Positions 8,867-18,517 of a DNA stretch of 64,000 nucleotides are shown here, piece after piece. The notes under the pieces were generated by a model, which had not been told where the DNA came from, ran no database searches, and saw only the letters and a program-made list of their open reading frames with translations. Position numbers and translations under genes: made by a program. Every line of letters begins with the position of its first letter. Position 1 is the stretch's first letter. The DNA is from a virus, in the IMG/VR virus record IMGVR_UViG_3300025789_001072, positions 32,001-96,000 of that record. The stretch is one strand, 5' to 3'.

Positions 8867-9304
8867 TTACTTTACTTTCTTCTGTGATTGTTTAAACATT
8901 TTATACAATCCAAGTTCACGACCAAAGGCTTCAATCTCCCAAGGACAATCCCAATAGTTCATATCTTCTGGATAATACTCACCAGCAAAACGATACATGC
9001 GCTTACGAGAGTTGAAGCCAAACTTGTCACACACATGCTGCTTGACATGCACCATCTCATGGGCGAGCGCCAACAATATAGACCGCTCGCCCATGTCAGC
9101 ATCAACCGTGATAGTAAACTCTTTACCATCATCATTGACACAATCAGCATAATTGCCTTGGTTCTTCAAAAAACCTTTTTCAAAGTCAATATGCACGTCT
9201 ACCTTCGCATGTTTCTTCATGAGATAATCGGCATAGAAACCCATCGCTGCCTTGACGGTTTTGTGGTCAATCTTGGAAGGCTTGCCAGAAATCGTGAGGA
9301 ACAT
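8867..9304 (-). CDS. zincin metallopeptidase-like protein
   Basis: LAHEMVH (HExxH) and PWEIEA motifs. Confidence 0.75.
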   Translation of the reverse strand: MFLTISGKPSKIDHKTVKAAMGFYADYLMKKHAKVDVHIDFEKGFLKNQGNYADCVNDDGKEFTITVDADMGERSILLALAHEMVHVKQHVCDKFGFNSRKRMYRFAGEYYPEDMNYWDCPWEIEAFGRELGLYKMFKQSQKKVK

Positions 9305-9330
9305 GCGATATCTCCATTGCTTATATTCTC

Positions 9331-9358
9331 AATATAACATGGATTTAGGGTTTGTCAA
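9331..9358 (-). promoter_or_regulatory. sigma70-type early promoter of the peptidase-helicase-MTase operon
   Basis: TTGACA-N16-TATATT with TG extension. Confidence 0.7.
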
Positions 9359-9815
9359 GCATTATTATTTCGTCAAATCCCTCACTCAGATGAGGCATTT
9401 CAAGATGTTCAATCATGCTATCAATAACATTTTGCGGTATCTTCTTGCCCCAACGACTGTCCAATCGGCGTTGCAATTCGGCCTCATCTGGCGTAGGAAA
9501 AAATACCCCAACCTTGATCCAATCCTTGGGTAGCCGTGCCAACCGCAACTTGCGGTGCTTGGCTACCGTGTTGGTTTGATCCCATACAAGCGTCTTGTCC
9601 AAATTGATAGCCATCTGCACTTGCGAGTCACAAAACTTTTGTGCATAGCCAATAGCCTGACTAAACATTTGGTCATAGGTCTTGCCAGCCTTGGCAGCGA
9701 CAGTTTCAATATAAGCATCGCTAGACGCAATGATTGCGTCTTCAAAACCTTGCTTTGTAATCCACGTTGACTTGCCGGAACCTGGCACACCAATTAACAT
9801 ATAACACTTTGTCAT
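9345..9815 (-). CDS. P-loop kinase (AAA_33, polynucleotide 5'-kinase-like)
   Basis: GVPGSGKST, SSD, WDQTN and RxxxR lid motifs. Confidence 0.85.
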   Translation of the reverse strand: MTKCYMLIGVPGSGKSTWITKQGFEDAIIASSDAYIETVAAKAGKTYDQMFSQAIGYAQKFCDSQVQMAINLDKTLVWDQTNTVAKHRKLRLARLPKDWIKVGVFFPTPDEAELQRRLDSRWGKKIPQNVIDSMIEHLEMPHLSEGFDEIIMLDKP

Positions 9816-10039
9816 TTTACACCTATCATTTCAACTTCACTATCAGTTTCAATCCAGAGTTTGGCACCACATTTTCGTGGTTTGTCTGAACTATACACCA
9901 TACGAGATGGACCTTTAATATCTACTTCCATACAGTATGTTACCACACCATCCTGTTCAACACGAACAACAGGCTCACTTCTGCCGTGTTTGGCGTTAGC
10001 CTGTATGATGTTTCGATTAATATGGATAATAGTAGTCAT
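9812..10039 (-). CDS. hypothetical protein
   Basis: MTTIIHINRN...CGAKLWIET; start refined to the ATG at 10039. Confidence 0.65.
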   Translation of the reverse strand: MTTIIHINRNIIQANAKHGRSEPVVRVEQDGVVTYCMEVDIKGPSRMVYSSDKPRKCGAKLWIETDSEVEMIGVK

Positions 10040-10040
10040 A

Positions 10041-10490
10041 TCAAAAATTACCTTCGGCAACCTGCAACACACGAACGCCACATGCACGGATGGCATCAAC
10101 AACCTGATTACGGTCATCAAACCACAGCCAAGGCTCGCCAAAGTCGCTACGGATTTGGTCAAACAATTCTACTTTGACAATGCTATCCTTGCGATAGTCC
10201 CTTTCCGCTCGCATGTAAAGCCGCTTGTATGGAACGGTATGCGTTGCCAACCACTTCTCGGTTACCGCACGAGTTTCCTCGCCACGACCGCTGCAAAAGA
10301 TGATAATGTCGCCCCGTGAATGAAACACATCCAACAGCAATGAGATGTCTGCATGAACAGTGTCATTTGCCATACCAGCGTTCCAAGCAGCCCAGTTCTT
10401 TGGCTTGCTTGCAACCCAATGCTTGCGGTGTTCAGTGTTGGCAATCGTGCCATCAATGTCACATACGATAATCTTGTTCACTTTAACCAT
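10041..10490 (-). CDS. HAD-family phosphatase resembling the T4 PseT 3'-phosphatase domain
   Basis: DIDGT, SGR, D-x-R-K-D-x-x-x-K and FDDR motifs. Confidence 0.88.
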   Translation of the reverse strand: MVKVNKIIVCDIDGTIANTEHRKHWVASKPKNWAAWNAGMANDTVHADISLLLDVFHSRGDIIIFCSGRGEETRAVTEKWLATHTVPYKRLYMRAERDYRKDSIVKVELFDQIRSDFGEPWLWFDDRNQVVDAIRACGVRVLQVAEGNF

Positions 10491-10639
10491 TCCTTGTGAT
10501 AGCCAATAAGCGTCTTGATTTGATCTTGACTAAGTTCGCCGTTGGACAGGAGACCCGCCATATACGAGTCATAAATCATGTTCTTTTTGTCACAATAAAG
10601 TGACACCAGAAAGCGTAATTTGTCCATGTCATACATCGT
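10478..10639 (-). CDS. small hypothetical protein
   Basis: short ORF behind a GGAG RBS and a sigma70 promoter; exact start uncertain. Confidence 0.5.
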   Translation of the reverse strand, partial: TMYDMDKLRFLVSLYCDKKNMIYDSYMAGLLSNGELSQDQIKTLIGYHKEWLK

Positions 10640-10659
10640 TTGCGTTCTCCTTATATCCA

Positions 10660-10687
10660 AATATAACACAGGTTTAAGGGTTGTCAA
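10660..10687 (-). promoter_or_regulatory. sigma70-type early promoter
   Basis: TTGACA-N16-TATATT. Confidence 0.7.
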
Positions 10688-10690
10688 GCA

Positions 10691-11500
10691 TTATTTTAAC
10701 TTAACGTATTGTGGATTTATGTTATTTTTTAATAAATCGTCAACTTTGTCGATATCTTGTATCTTTCCAACAATTATGACACCGTTTGTATTTTCAAGGG
10801 TCCAATCGGGTATATTATGATGTGTTAACCATTCTTCTTTATATTGATTCCACCAGCTATTAAATTTATCAACATCAATATTTGGAAATAAATCACAATT
10901 TGTTAATGCTATGTTTAATTGTGGTTTTATTATCAACCATGGTTTTATTAATTCTTTAATGCGGTTTATATCATTCGGTTCGCCATCTTTCCAGTACCTA
11001 TATATTTTTTTACCTAATTCAGCCCATGTAATAAAAATATCACCACGTTTAACAATAGTTGTTAAATTTTTTGTATATTCATGATCATATGGTTTATTAA
11101 AATATCCAGCTTTTTCATCATATGTTATAAAAAATACATTTTTACTTGGCTTATAATAGTCTTCACACAGATGTATCATTTCATGAAATATTAACCAATT
11201 ATGATTTTTTCCATCGTAATTTTTTTCGTATAATTCATGTAAGTGGTTGCAATAAGATTGCGCTGAGTCACCGTGTAGATTATCTATGTTAACAATAATT
11301 GACAATTTTTCAGCGAAGTTTTTTAATTTTAACACATGCTCAGCATATATTATATTTTCAGTATAATATGGATTTTGAAAATCATGGAAGTCCAACGGAA
11401 TATGTTGTAGATGCTTAAAACATTTTTGTATATATTCTCGCAACGGAGAATCTATTAATTCAAATTGTACTGTTTCATTATTATTAAAAATAATTTTCAT
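10691..11500 (-). CDS. hypothetical protein (AT-rich)
   Basis: 269-aa ORF with HELYE/HEMIHLCE and ELGK motifs. Confidence 0.7.
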   Translation of the reverse strand: MKIIFNNNETVQFELIDSPLREYIQKCFKHLQHIPLDFHDFQNPYYTENIIYAEHVLKLKNFAEKLSIIVNIDNLHGDSAQSYCNHLHELYEKNYDGKNHNWLIFHEMIHLCEDYYKPSKNVFFITYDEKAGYFNKPYDHEYTKNLTTIVKRGDIFITWAELGKKIYRYWKDGEPNDINRIKELIKPWLIIKPQLNIALTNCDLFPNIDVDKFNSWWNQYKEEWLTHHNIPDWTLENTNGVIIVGKIQDIDKVDDLLKNNINPQYVKLK

Positions 11501-11519
11501 AAATTTACTTATAAAACGC

Positions 11520-11547
11520 TTGACAACCGCCCCAAATATGTTATTAT
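11520..11547 (+). promoter_or_regulatory. sigma70-type early promoter
   Basis: TTGACA-N16-TATTAT. Confidence 0.7.
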
Positions 11548-11576
11548 GAGGATATTATCAATAGAGAGAAAACACC

Positions 11577-11798
11577 ATGAGCAATCAACGTGCAGGCAAA
11601 ACCCATTCGGCAGCCCTTGTAGATGGTGACAAGGTTTCCCTTACGTCCATTATCAAGTTTCTCAAAGATGCCAAGACCGATCTCGAAAAGAGCGGCGAGG
11701 AAGATGCTGCTCTTCGGTTTGAAATTCTTGCTGACTATCTTGTGCAAGACTATCGTGGTGGTGGCTTCAAATATTCTAGCAAGATGATCGGACTGTAA
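11577..11798 (+). CDS. hypothetical protein
   Basis: 73-aa ORF directly behind the promoter. Confidence 0.65.
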   Translation: MSNQRAGKTHSAALVDGDKVSLTSIIKFLKDAKTDLEKSGEEDAALRFEILADYLVQDYRGGGFKYSSKMIGL

Positions 11799-11808
11799 TA
11801 ACTACAGT

Positions 11809-12510
11809 ATGACCAATGACTCCAGTGAACTGCTCCTAATGTTTCCGCTAGCAGTGTACAAGGCAATGCTAGCGGATAGCGATTCAATAAATCAAATATT
11901 CTTTGATAATATTGAAGCCTATACTTTTAGCAGTTCACTGGATACGCTAACTGGTGATTTCTTAGGCAAAGGCAATATACATCATAATCCGCTATTCAAA
12001 CCTTTCTTTGATAAGGTAAGTGAACATGCCACCAAATATATGGCAACGCTAGGTGTCAACACCGATATCTTTGATTTGTTTGTGAACAAATGTTGGTTGA
12101 GTATTATTGATACTCCGCAATATAATATGAGTTATCACACTCATACAGTTGCTGACATTTCTTTTGTATATTATTTGCAGATTCCAGAAAATAGTGACCT
12201 AATTTCATTTGCAAACCGTCACAAACAAAACGAATTATTTCCAAACTTGCTAGACAGTGATCGTCCGTTAGAGCAAACAATGCTCACGGAGATAAATTCA
12301 TTTAATTGTAGCACCTATAACATAATGCCGCAGAGTGGATTGTTGTTGATGTTTCCTGGCAAACAATCACATGGCACAATTAAAAATGCTGCTGGTGATT
12401 TTAACGGCACCCGTATTGCTGTTGTTGGCGATATGAGTTTATTTTTTAAACCAGGATTTGAAAATACTGATTATGGCAGACTACCATTTAATTACATGAG
12501 AAAAATATGA
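11809..12510 (+). CDS. 2OG-Fe(II) oxygenase-like protein (TIGR02466-like)
   Basis: HTH, ISFVYY, FPGKQSH and RI motifs. Confidence 0.75.
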   Translation: MTNDSSELLLMFPLAVYKAMLADSDSINQIFFDNIEAYTFSSSLDTLTGDFLGKGNIHHNPLFKPFFDKVSEHATKYMATLGVNTDIFDLFVNKCWLSIIDTPQYNMSYHTHTVADISFVYYLQIPENSDLISFANRHKQNELFPNLLDSDRPLEQTMLTEINSFNCSTYNIMPQSGLLLMFPGKQSHGTIKNAAGDFNGTRIAVVGDMSLFFKPGFENTDYGRLPFNYMRKI

Positions 12511-13721
12511 CAGATTGTAAACCCCTACGCCGTTGCCTATGCTGTGGCAATCATAGCCTTAAACTTACTCTCGACTTGGGTTCTCAGCCGCTTGCCAATA
12601 GTTTTAAGGCAACGGCTAGTGAACCTGAAAATACATATCCACTTGCAGTTAATTATTGTGCTGACTGTTCGCACCTACAACTTACCCATGCTGTTGATGG
12701 CAATATTATCTTCAAGAATTATCTTTATGTGAGTGGTACTAGTCTCACTATGCAGAATTATTTCGCATGGTTTGCAGATTATGTCATGGAGTATTTTCCA
12801 GATGTTAAACCTCGCAAGGTTCTGGAAATTGGCTGCAATGACGGCACACAGTTAAACTATTTTAAGAAACATGGATTAGAAACAGTGGGTATCGATCCTG
12901 CAGAAAACATCTATCCAATCTCTTCCAAGAACCACAAGATTATTTGTGATTTCCTAACACCAGAAGCCTTACTCAAAGTAGGCAAGACACCTGATATCAT
13001 CTACGCACAGAATGTATTTGCGCACCAAGATGATCCAGAAACTTTTCTGAAACTATGTCGTAATATCATGAATCCTAACACGCTGTTGTTTATTCAAAAC
13101 TCACAGAGTGATATGATACAGAATAACGAGTTTGATACCATCTATCATGAGCACCGTAATTTCTTCTCCGTAAAGAGTTTATACACGCTTGCTAGCAGTG
13201 TTGGCTTGAACATGATTGATGTGTTCAAAGGAACTATTCATGGTGGCAGCAATATCTTTGTGTTCTCAACGGACCAACATAGTCCTGCTCGTATATCCTC
13301 GTATCTTGATTGGGAGCGTATTCAGGGATTGCATGATTATAGCACATACCAAAGTTGGGCAGAAGGTGCCAAGCGCACAGTTAATGACCTTTCAATGGTC
13401 CTAGATGGGCAGCGCAAGGCTCACCAGCGGCTTATAGTAGGCTATGGAGCGCCAGCAAAGGGTAATACGCTTCTTAACTTTGGCAATATCAATATGGACT
13501 TTATCATTGATGATAATCCACTAAAACAAGGCAAATTTACGCCTGGCATGAGCATACCTGTTGTCACGATAGATGAACTTAAAAAGTATCCTGACCGTGA
13601 AATTTGCTTTGTGCCGCTAGCATGGAACTTCTTTGATGAGATTGTAGGACGTATTCGCAAGGTTCGCAACTTCAAGGGCGATGTATTCGTCAAGTATTTC
13701 CCAGAGATCGTAATCTCCTAA
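12507..13721 (+). CDS. NDP-hexose C-methyltransferase (Zn-binding N-terminus, class I SAM fold)
   Basis: CLCCG, LDLGSQPLAN, EIGCNDG, FDTIYHEH, HGGS, YGAPAKG and LAWNF motifs. Confidence 0.9.
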   Translation: MTDCKPLRRCLCCGNHSLKLTLDLGSQPLANSFKATASEPENTYPLAVNYCADCSHLQLTHAVDGNIIFKNYLYVSGTSLTMQNYFAWFADYVMEYFPDVKPRKVLEIGCNDGTQLNYFKKHGLETVGIDPAENIYPISSKNHKIICDFLTPEALLKVGKTPDIIYAQNVFAHQDDPETFLKLCRNIMNPNTLLFIQNSQSDMIQNNEFDTIYHEHRNFFSVKSLYTLASSVGLNMIDVFKGTIHGGSNIFVFSTDQHSPARISSYLDWERIQGLHDYSTYQSWAEGAKRTVNDLSMVLDGQRKAHQRLIVGYGAPAKGNTLLNFGNINMDFIIDDNPLKQGKFTPGMSIPVVTIDELKKYPDREICFVPLAWNFFDEIVGRIRKVRNFKGDVFVKYFPEIVIS

Positions 13722-13744
13722 ATAATTGTAGGAGATTACCCACG

Positions 13745-14362
13745 ATGAACAACGATATCAGATATACAATGTTAGTCCTTGAAGGACTTGAAATCAACCA
13801 TCGCATGGATAGTGATGTGTTAGACATGATTCGTGGTCTCATGGTCGAGAGTGAACAACTTGATGAAGGTGTATTGGATACCATCAAGGACAAGGCTGCT
13901 GCTTTTGCCGATAAAGTAAAAGACAGTGCCAAGAATATTCTTCCAAGTATAACACAGAAATTTGATAATGTGTTGGCACAGGTTCGTACTAAACAAGGTG
14001 AAGAAACTGCCGATGCCATTGAAGATGAAATGCGCAAAAAAGGCGGTAGTGATTGGAAAACCAATAGTGTAAAGATTGCAGCAGCCCTAGCAGTTGCAAG
14101 TAGTCTGGCACAAGCATCACCTGCACAGGCACGTGATATGTATATGCGCATGTCGCCATTTCAGGCACAACAATATGCGATGCAGAACCAGGCAAATTGG
14201 TCACGTCAGCAAGCAATGTGGGGACAACGCAATTTTAATCGTCCAATGCCACAGGGTTATTATCAGGGCAATCAGGGTGGTGGTAATGATGCAGCCGCAC
14301 TTGCTATTGGTGTTATGATTGGCGCAGCACTTGGCGCAGCATTAAGTCAGCCACACAAATAA
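13745..14362 (+). CDS. hypothetical late protein with C-terminal glycine-zipper/TM segment
   Basis: TAAATA promoter and AGGAG RBS; LE/VE/DE motifs resembling prohead-protease sites; Gln/Gly-rich tail. Confidence 0.65.
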   Translation: MNNDIRYTMLVLEGLEINHRMDSDVLDMIRGLMVESEQLDEGVLDTIKDKAAAFADKVKDSAKNILPSITQKFDNVLAQVRTKQGEETADAIEDEMRKKGGSDWKTNSVKIAAALAVASSLAQASPAQARDMYMRMSPFQAQQYAMQNQANWSRQQAMWGQRNFNRPMPQGYYQGNQGGGNDAAALAIGVMIGAALGAALSQPHK

Positions 14363-14377
14363 TAAAATAAATACCCT

Positions 14378-15106
14378 ATGCGCAGTAGAGAATTTATCAC
14401 AGAATCACGAAGAGTCATACTAGAAGGCGGTAATATGTTTACCGATGCTAGTCAGTTTGACCAGAAGTATGCAAAGAATATTACGGACACAGTAAACAAG
14501 GCACTTGCGAAAACTGGTATCAAGGTTATTCCTGTGGGCAGTGGCGCAACACCAACTGCTGGCAAGATGAGCGGTGACTTTGATGTTATGGCAGATGAAG
14601 AAGATGTTAAGAATTACTTTAACGTTCCTGATGCCAAAAGTGCTCGTAAAGCCCTAAATGATTACTTACATAGTCTAGGTTTTAATACTGCACAAAGCGG
14701 CATCAATGTTCATATTCTAGTTCCGCTGCCTGATGGTGCAAAGGCACAAACTGATATTATGGTCACGCCGCAGGCAGCAACAATATCTAAGTTTCATGTG
14801 CACTCAGTGCCACAGGGAAGCCCGTACAAGGGCAAGAACAAGATTTTGCTTATGACGCTACTTGCTAAACAAAAAGGTATGTTATGGAGTCCATGGCAAG
14901 GTTTGTTTATGCGTGATGCCAGTGGCAAGAAAGGCGAGTTTGTATCTAACGATATTGATCAGGTTGCTAAAACACTAATTGGTGGCAACGCAAGTGGTAA
15001 AGATTTAGGCAGTGTTGAAAGTATTCTAGGTGCCATGCCACAAGACCAGGCACAACGTTTATTAACAGATATTCGTACCGATCCTAATTGGGAAGAAGCA
15101 CGATGA
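14378..15106 (+). CDS. Pol-beta-superfamily nucleotidyltransferase-like protein
   Basis: VGS-x10-GDFDV plus a distal QTD motif; N-terminal MRSREFITE. Confidence 0.65.
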   Translation: MRSREFITESRRVILEGGNMFTDASQFDQKYAKNITDTVNKALAKTGIKVIPVGSGATPTAGKMSGDFDVMADEEDVKNYFNVPDAKSARKALNDYLHSLGFNTAQSGINVHILVPLPDGAKAQTDIMVTPQAATISKFHVHSVPQGSPYKGKNKILLMTLLAKQKGMLWSPWQGLFMRDASGKKGEFVSNDIDQVAKTLIGGNASGKDLGSVESILGAMPQDQAQRLLTDIRTDPNWEEAR

Positions 15107-16548
15107 GAGCAAAAGATATATTAGTTAAAGAAGCAAGCATTATTCGTAAACTTGGTGAAAAATATCACTATGGTATGAAGTTTATATTGCGTGGAAAAAA
15201 TGGTGATACTTTAACAAATATTATCAAAACAAGTGGTGTTCCTGATTTTAATAAAACAGAAGAACTAACTCTAATACAAAACAACCCACCTGGCGACGTT
15301 GATGAAGTTCAATTTGGGCGTGGAAATAATGTTATTACTTTTGAACGACCAAATGGAAAATTTTTACAAATAATTGGTACTCAAAGTAATATTGAAAATT
15401 CAATAAGCGCAGCATCCAGTGAAAAAACAAGCAGAGGTGGCAACATAGGCGATTTAAGTGAACCTGTGTTAAGCGCAGCAGTTATTGCAAAACTTATCAA
15501 GCGTGGTGGTTCAAATGTTGAAGATATTACTGGCGATGATGTAAAAACAGTATTAAATGGCGCACTTGCAAATGATGGCTTAGTCTATAACGTTTTTGAT
15601 CAAAATAGTAGAATTGCTGATAATATTGAATTTTCAATGAGACTGCGTGATGATACAAAGATGTTTATTAATAGTCCTCTCTTTTGGCCAAAGTATGATC
15701 CTATTTTACCAAGCGTAGTGCATTATGCCAATAGTGGGCAGATTGACAAATATGCAGATTATTTTTATAAAAACGGAAAAGTTGATAAAGTTCGTGTTAT
15801 ATCCGATGGCGTAAGTGACGCAAAGGCACGAAAAACAGATGTTGAGGCTTTAGTTTTTAATGAAAAAACTGGACAGGTGGATAGACCACTTCAAAATTTA
15901 AATTTAAGTTTGAAAGCGGGTAGTAATAAACTTGGTATAGTTGGTGGTGGTTCACTAAACAAATACAAATTAAGTGGCAAGGAAAAAGGTACAGAAAACG
16001 CAACCTATATACAAGCTAATGCACAGAAGTTATTCGGTGAATTAGGTGTTGGGGTTCCAGAATATAACGGCAGACAATCAAAAGCACAGTATTGGGATAA
16101 ATGTTACAAGATCGCTGCAACAGAATTGAGAAATATGTTAAAAGATCGAAATGTACGATCAGAAAAACAAATTGTTGAAAAAATAGCAAGAATGATTCAA
16201 TTCCATGCACAGAAATCAGAAGCCAATGTTCGTCTTGTAAACATAGATAGAAAAAATAATATTTCCACTGTCCATACTTTTAAAAATCTAGAAACCAGAT
16301 TAGTAAATTATGACATTGATTTAAATGCCCAGTACATATCAGGATATACTAGAGATGGTGAAAAAAGACCTACTCTCACTATATTTGATAATAATAGTGG
16401 ATATGAAATACTAAGAATTAATGTTATTATAAGTGCCAAGGGTGATTTAAATAATGAGATTCATATGGGTAAATTACTGTCAAAATTGACAGAAATACAG
16501 TTTACCAAAAATAAACCAAAAGAACCTCAACAAGGCAAACTAATATAA
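15103..16548 (+). CDS. hypothetical protein, possible PD-(D/E)xK-like nuclease
   Basis: ATGA overlap with the upstream gene; GDLSE...KTDV...LSLKAG pattern. Confidence 0.55.
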   Translation: MRAKDILVKEASIIRKLGEKYHYGMKFILRGKNGDTLTNIIKTSGVPDFNKTEELTLIQNNPPGDVDEVQFGRGNNVITFERPNGKFLQIIGTQSNIENSISAASSEKTSRGGNIGDLSEPVLSAAVIAKLIKRGGSNVEDITGDDVKTVLNGALANDGLVYNVFDQNSRIADNIEFSMRLRDDTKMFINSPLFWPKYDPILPSVVHYANSGQIDKYADYFYKNGKVDKVRVISDGVSDAKARKTDVEALVFNEKTGQVDRPLQNLNLSLKAGSNKLGIVGGGSLNKYKLSGKEKGTENATYIQANAQKLFGELGVGVPEYNGRQSKAQYWDKCYKIAATELRNMLKDRNVRSEKQIVEKIARMIQFHAQKSEANVRLVNIDRKNNISTVHTFKNLETRLVNYDIDLNAQYISGYTRDGEKRPTLTIFDNNSGYEILRINVIISAKGDLNNEIHMGKLLSKLTEIQFTKNKPKEPQQGKLI

Positions 16549-16549
16549 G

Positions 16550-16578
16550 AAAATAGCCCCTTTCGGGGCTATTTTTTT
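16550..16578. terminator. bidirectional intrinsic terminator
   Basis: AAAATAGCCCC-TTTC-GGGGCTATTTTTTT between convergent genes. Confidence 0.9.
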
Positions 16579-16939
16579 AAGCATCACGTGAAATATAGTG
16601 ATGACGAATCTTCTGTGGCTTGAAATACTTTTCCACAGTAGAGAATACAAGTTCATTCTCAAATGGCTTGCATGAGAATACATCAATATAGAAATTGCCG
16701 TCATTGTCACAGAAGTGACCAGTGATGTTTGAAGTCTCAATCATCTGACAAAGACTGTAACCAGCCTTATCTGCCGCATGAGTGGCGAAACGTTCAATCC
16801 AAGGCTCGCCAAATGCTGTCATATCAATAACAACAACTAGTTCCTTAATAAAGTTATAGATATTTTCCCGTGAACCGATAAGTTCCTTATCGCCAGCGGT
16901 GCAGTCTAGTAGTAGGTGGTAACCCCAAGTTTTGCTCAT
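16577..16939 (-). CDS. speD: S-adenosylmethionine decarboxylase proenzyme-like
   Basis: GYHLLLD, IETSNITGH (pyruvoyl-forming Ser) and YIDVFSCKPF motifs. Confidence 0.8.
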   Translation of the reverse strand: MSKTWGYHLLLDCTAGDKELIGSRENIYNFIKELVVVIDMTAFGEPWIERFATHAADKAGYSLCQMIETSNITGHFCDNDGNFYIDVFSCKPFENELVFSTVEKYFKPQKIRHHYISRDA

Positions 16940-16973
16940 GCCAGTTTTCCTTTGTTGATAGCAGTTTGAAGAA

Positions 16974-17522
16974 TTATTTATTTGGATATACGCCTAACTT
17001 GTGGAAACACTCAGTTAGTCGTTGTATTTGTGACAAACAATCCCATAACGCATGGTGTTTGTTATTTTGTGGAATAAAATGGTCAGGAACCAGTTTATAG
17101 ATTGTGCGAGCATCTAGCACTTGCCAGAAGTTCCACGGTGACTTATTATTGAGTTGACGGTTGCAACTTTCTAAGATAGTAAAATCAAATCCTGCACCAT
17201 TTGCCCAATAACGGTCAGCACCCTTTGCCCAATCATTGAGACTTGACATTGCTTCTGCTAGTGGTAAACGATTATCATCAGCAAATGCTTCTGCCTTTGC
17301 TTCTTGTGGTTGTTTAGCCCACCATTGAACTGTATCTTCATTGATTTCACGCTTCTGTGATTCAACATCTACTCTGCAGTAGAAGAAGTCCAGTGTGGTA
17401 GGGTCTGCTACGGTGGCATACTTGCCCATACGGTCAAAGGCAATGCCAGCGATGGTTAAAACTGTGGCGTCAGGTGTATTGCCTAACGTCTCGATATCGA
17501 TCATTACATCTCTGTGTTTCAT
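16974..17522 (-). CDS. DEDDh 3'-5' exonuclease (DexA/RNase T-like)
   Basis: MIDIETLG, WANGAGFD, DART and HHALWD motifs. Confidence 0.88.
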   Translation of the reverse strand: MKHRDVMIDIETLGNTPDATVLTIAGIAFDRMGKYATVADPTTLDFFYCRVDVESQKREINEDTVQWWAKQPQEAKAEAFADDNRLPLAEAMSSLNDWAKGADRYWANGAGFDFTILESCNRQLNNKSPWNFWQVLDARTIYKLVPDHFIPQNNKHHALWDCLSQIQRLTECFHKLGVYPNK

Positions 17523-17528
17523 ACTATC

Positions 17529-17556
17529 AATATACACTAAAATAACAGCATGTCAA
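17529..17556 (-). promoter_or_regulatory. sigma70-type early promoter
   Basis: TTGACA-N16-TATATT. Confidence 0.7.
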
Positions 17557-17771
17557 GATATTTTTATGCGTACAGAATAAATAATATTGTCAGTTAATGT
17601 TTCGGAGTACTAACCAATGTCTTCTCAAGAATGGCAATGCATTAGAAAGCATCTTCCTAATTTTCTAATTTGGCCAGAAGTATGGATGGGTTGCCTCTTT
17701 GGTTCGGTAAGTGGTGTAATACTCTTAGAAACAATATTAAAGTACGTCGTTCAATAAATTGGAATTCGTGT

Positions 17772-18050
17772 ATGGATTTCTTAAAATTAGTTGGTGAAGT
17801 TGGATTCCCTATTGCAGCCGCCTGTGCAGGCGGTTATTTTGTTTTTTTAACCCTAAAATTTATTCTTGCTGGCGTTACAAGTTCCGTGAATGGTATTAAA
17901 GGTATCATTATGGCGCTTGATAACCGTGTTAAGACAATGAACCATGATGTTATAAGAATTGATACTCTCATGAGTAATGCGTTAGGTGTGCGTCCCGACC
18001 TTGATCGTATTGCTCGTGCAGACGGTAAGAACGACGCAAGGAGAGACTAA
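17772..18050 (+). CDS. small membrane protein, YvrJ-like GFPI motif plus coiled coil
   Basis: MDFLKLVGEVGFPIAAA TM segment; LDNRVKTMNHDVIRI. Confidence 0.65.
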   Translation: MDFLKLVGEVGFPIAAACAGGYFVFLTLKFILAGVTSSVNGIKGIIMALDNRVKTMNHDVIRIDTLMSNALGVRPDLDRIARADGKNDARRD

Positions 18051-18145
18051 ATGATAGAGAATTTTGTATTAGCAAGTTTGTTCGTCCAGCTGGCAGTAAT
18101 TGCATATGTTGGCAAAGATTATCTGTTTAATTAAAGGAAAAGACA

Positions 18146-18328
18146 ATGAAGAAGTTATTATTAGTAGCAACAATGTTAGCATTTTCAACAAGTGCTTTCG
18201 CAGCAACTGCACCAGCAACTAAGGCTCCAAAGGCTAAGGTTGTGCATAGTGCATGTGATCCTGTAAAAAATGCAGCAGCATGTAAGAGTGTAGTTCATCA
18301 CAAAGCACCAAAGAAGAAAAAGAAATAA
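18146..18328 (+). CDS. small secreted basic protein
   Basis: AAGGA RBS, signal peptide ending AFA, two Cys, Lys-rich tail. Confidence 0.6.
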   Translation: MKKLLLVATMLAFSTSAFAATAPATKAPKAKVVHSACDPVKNAAACKSVVHHKAPKKKKK

Positions 18329-18517
18329 TTAACTTTTTGTTAAGTAATTGGTGGTAGTATAATGAAGTGGAAAATGCACAGAATCCTTACCGTGTTGAAG
18401 AACATCATCGTGTAAACGGTGATCGGTATTATACTGTGCACTTCCATGGAAAATTAATAATAATACTACGAAATAAAAGAATAGCAGACGAATATATAGA
18501 ATTGAATAAGAAGAATA

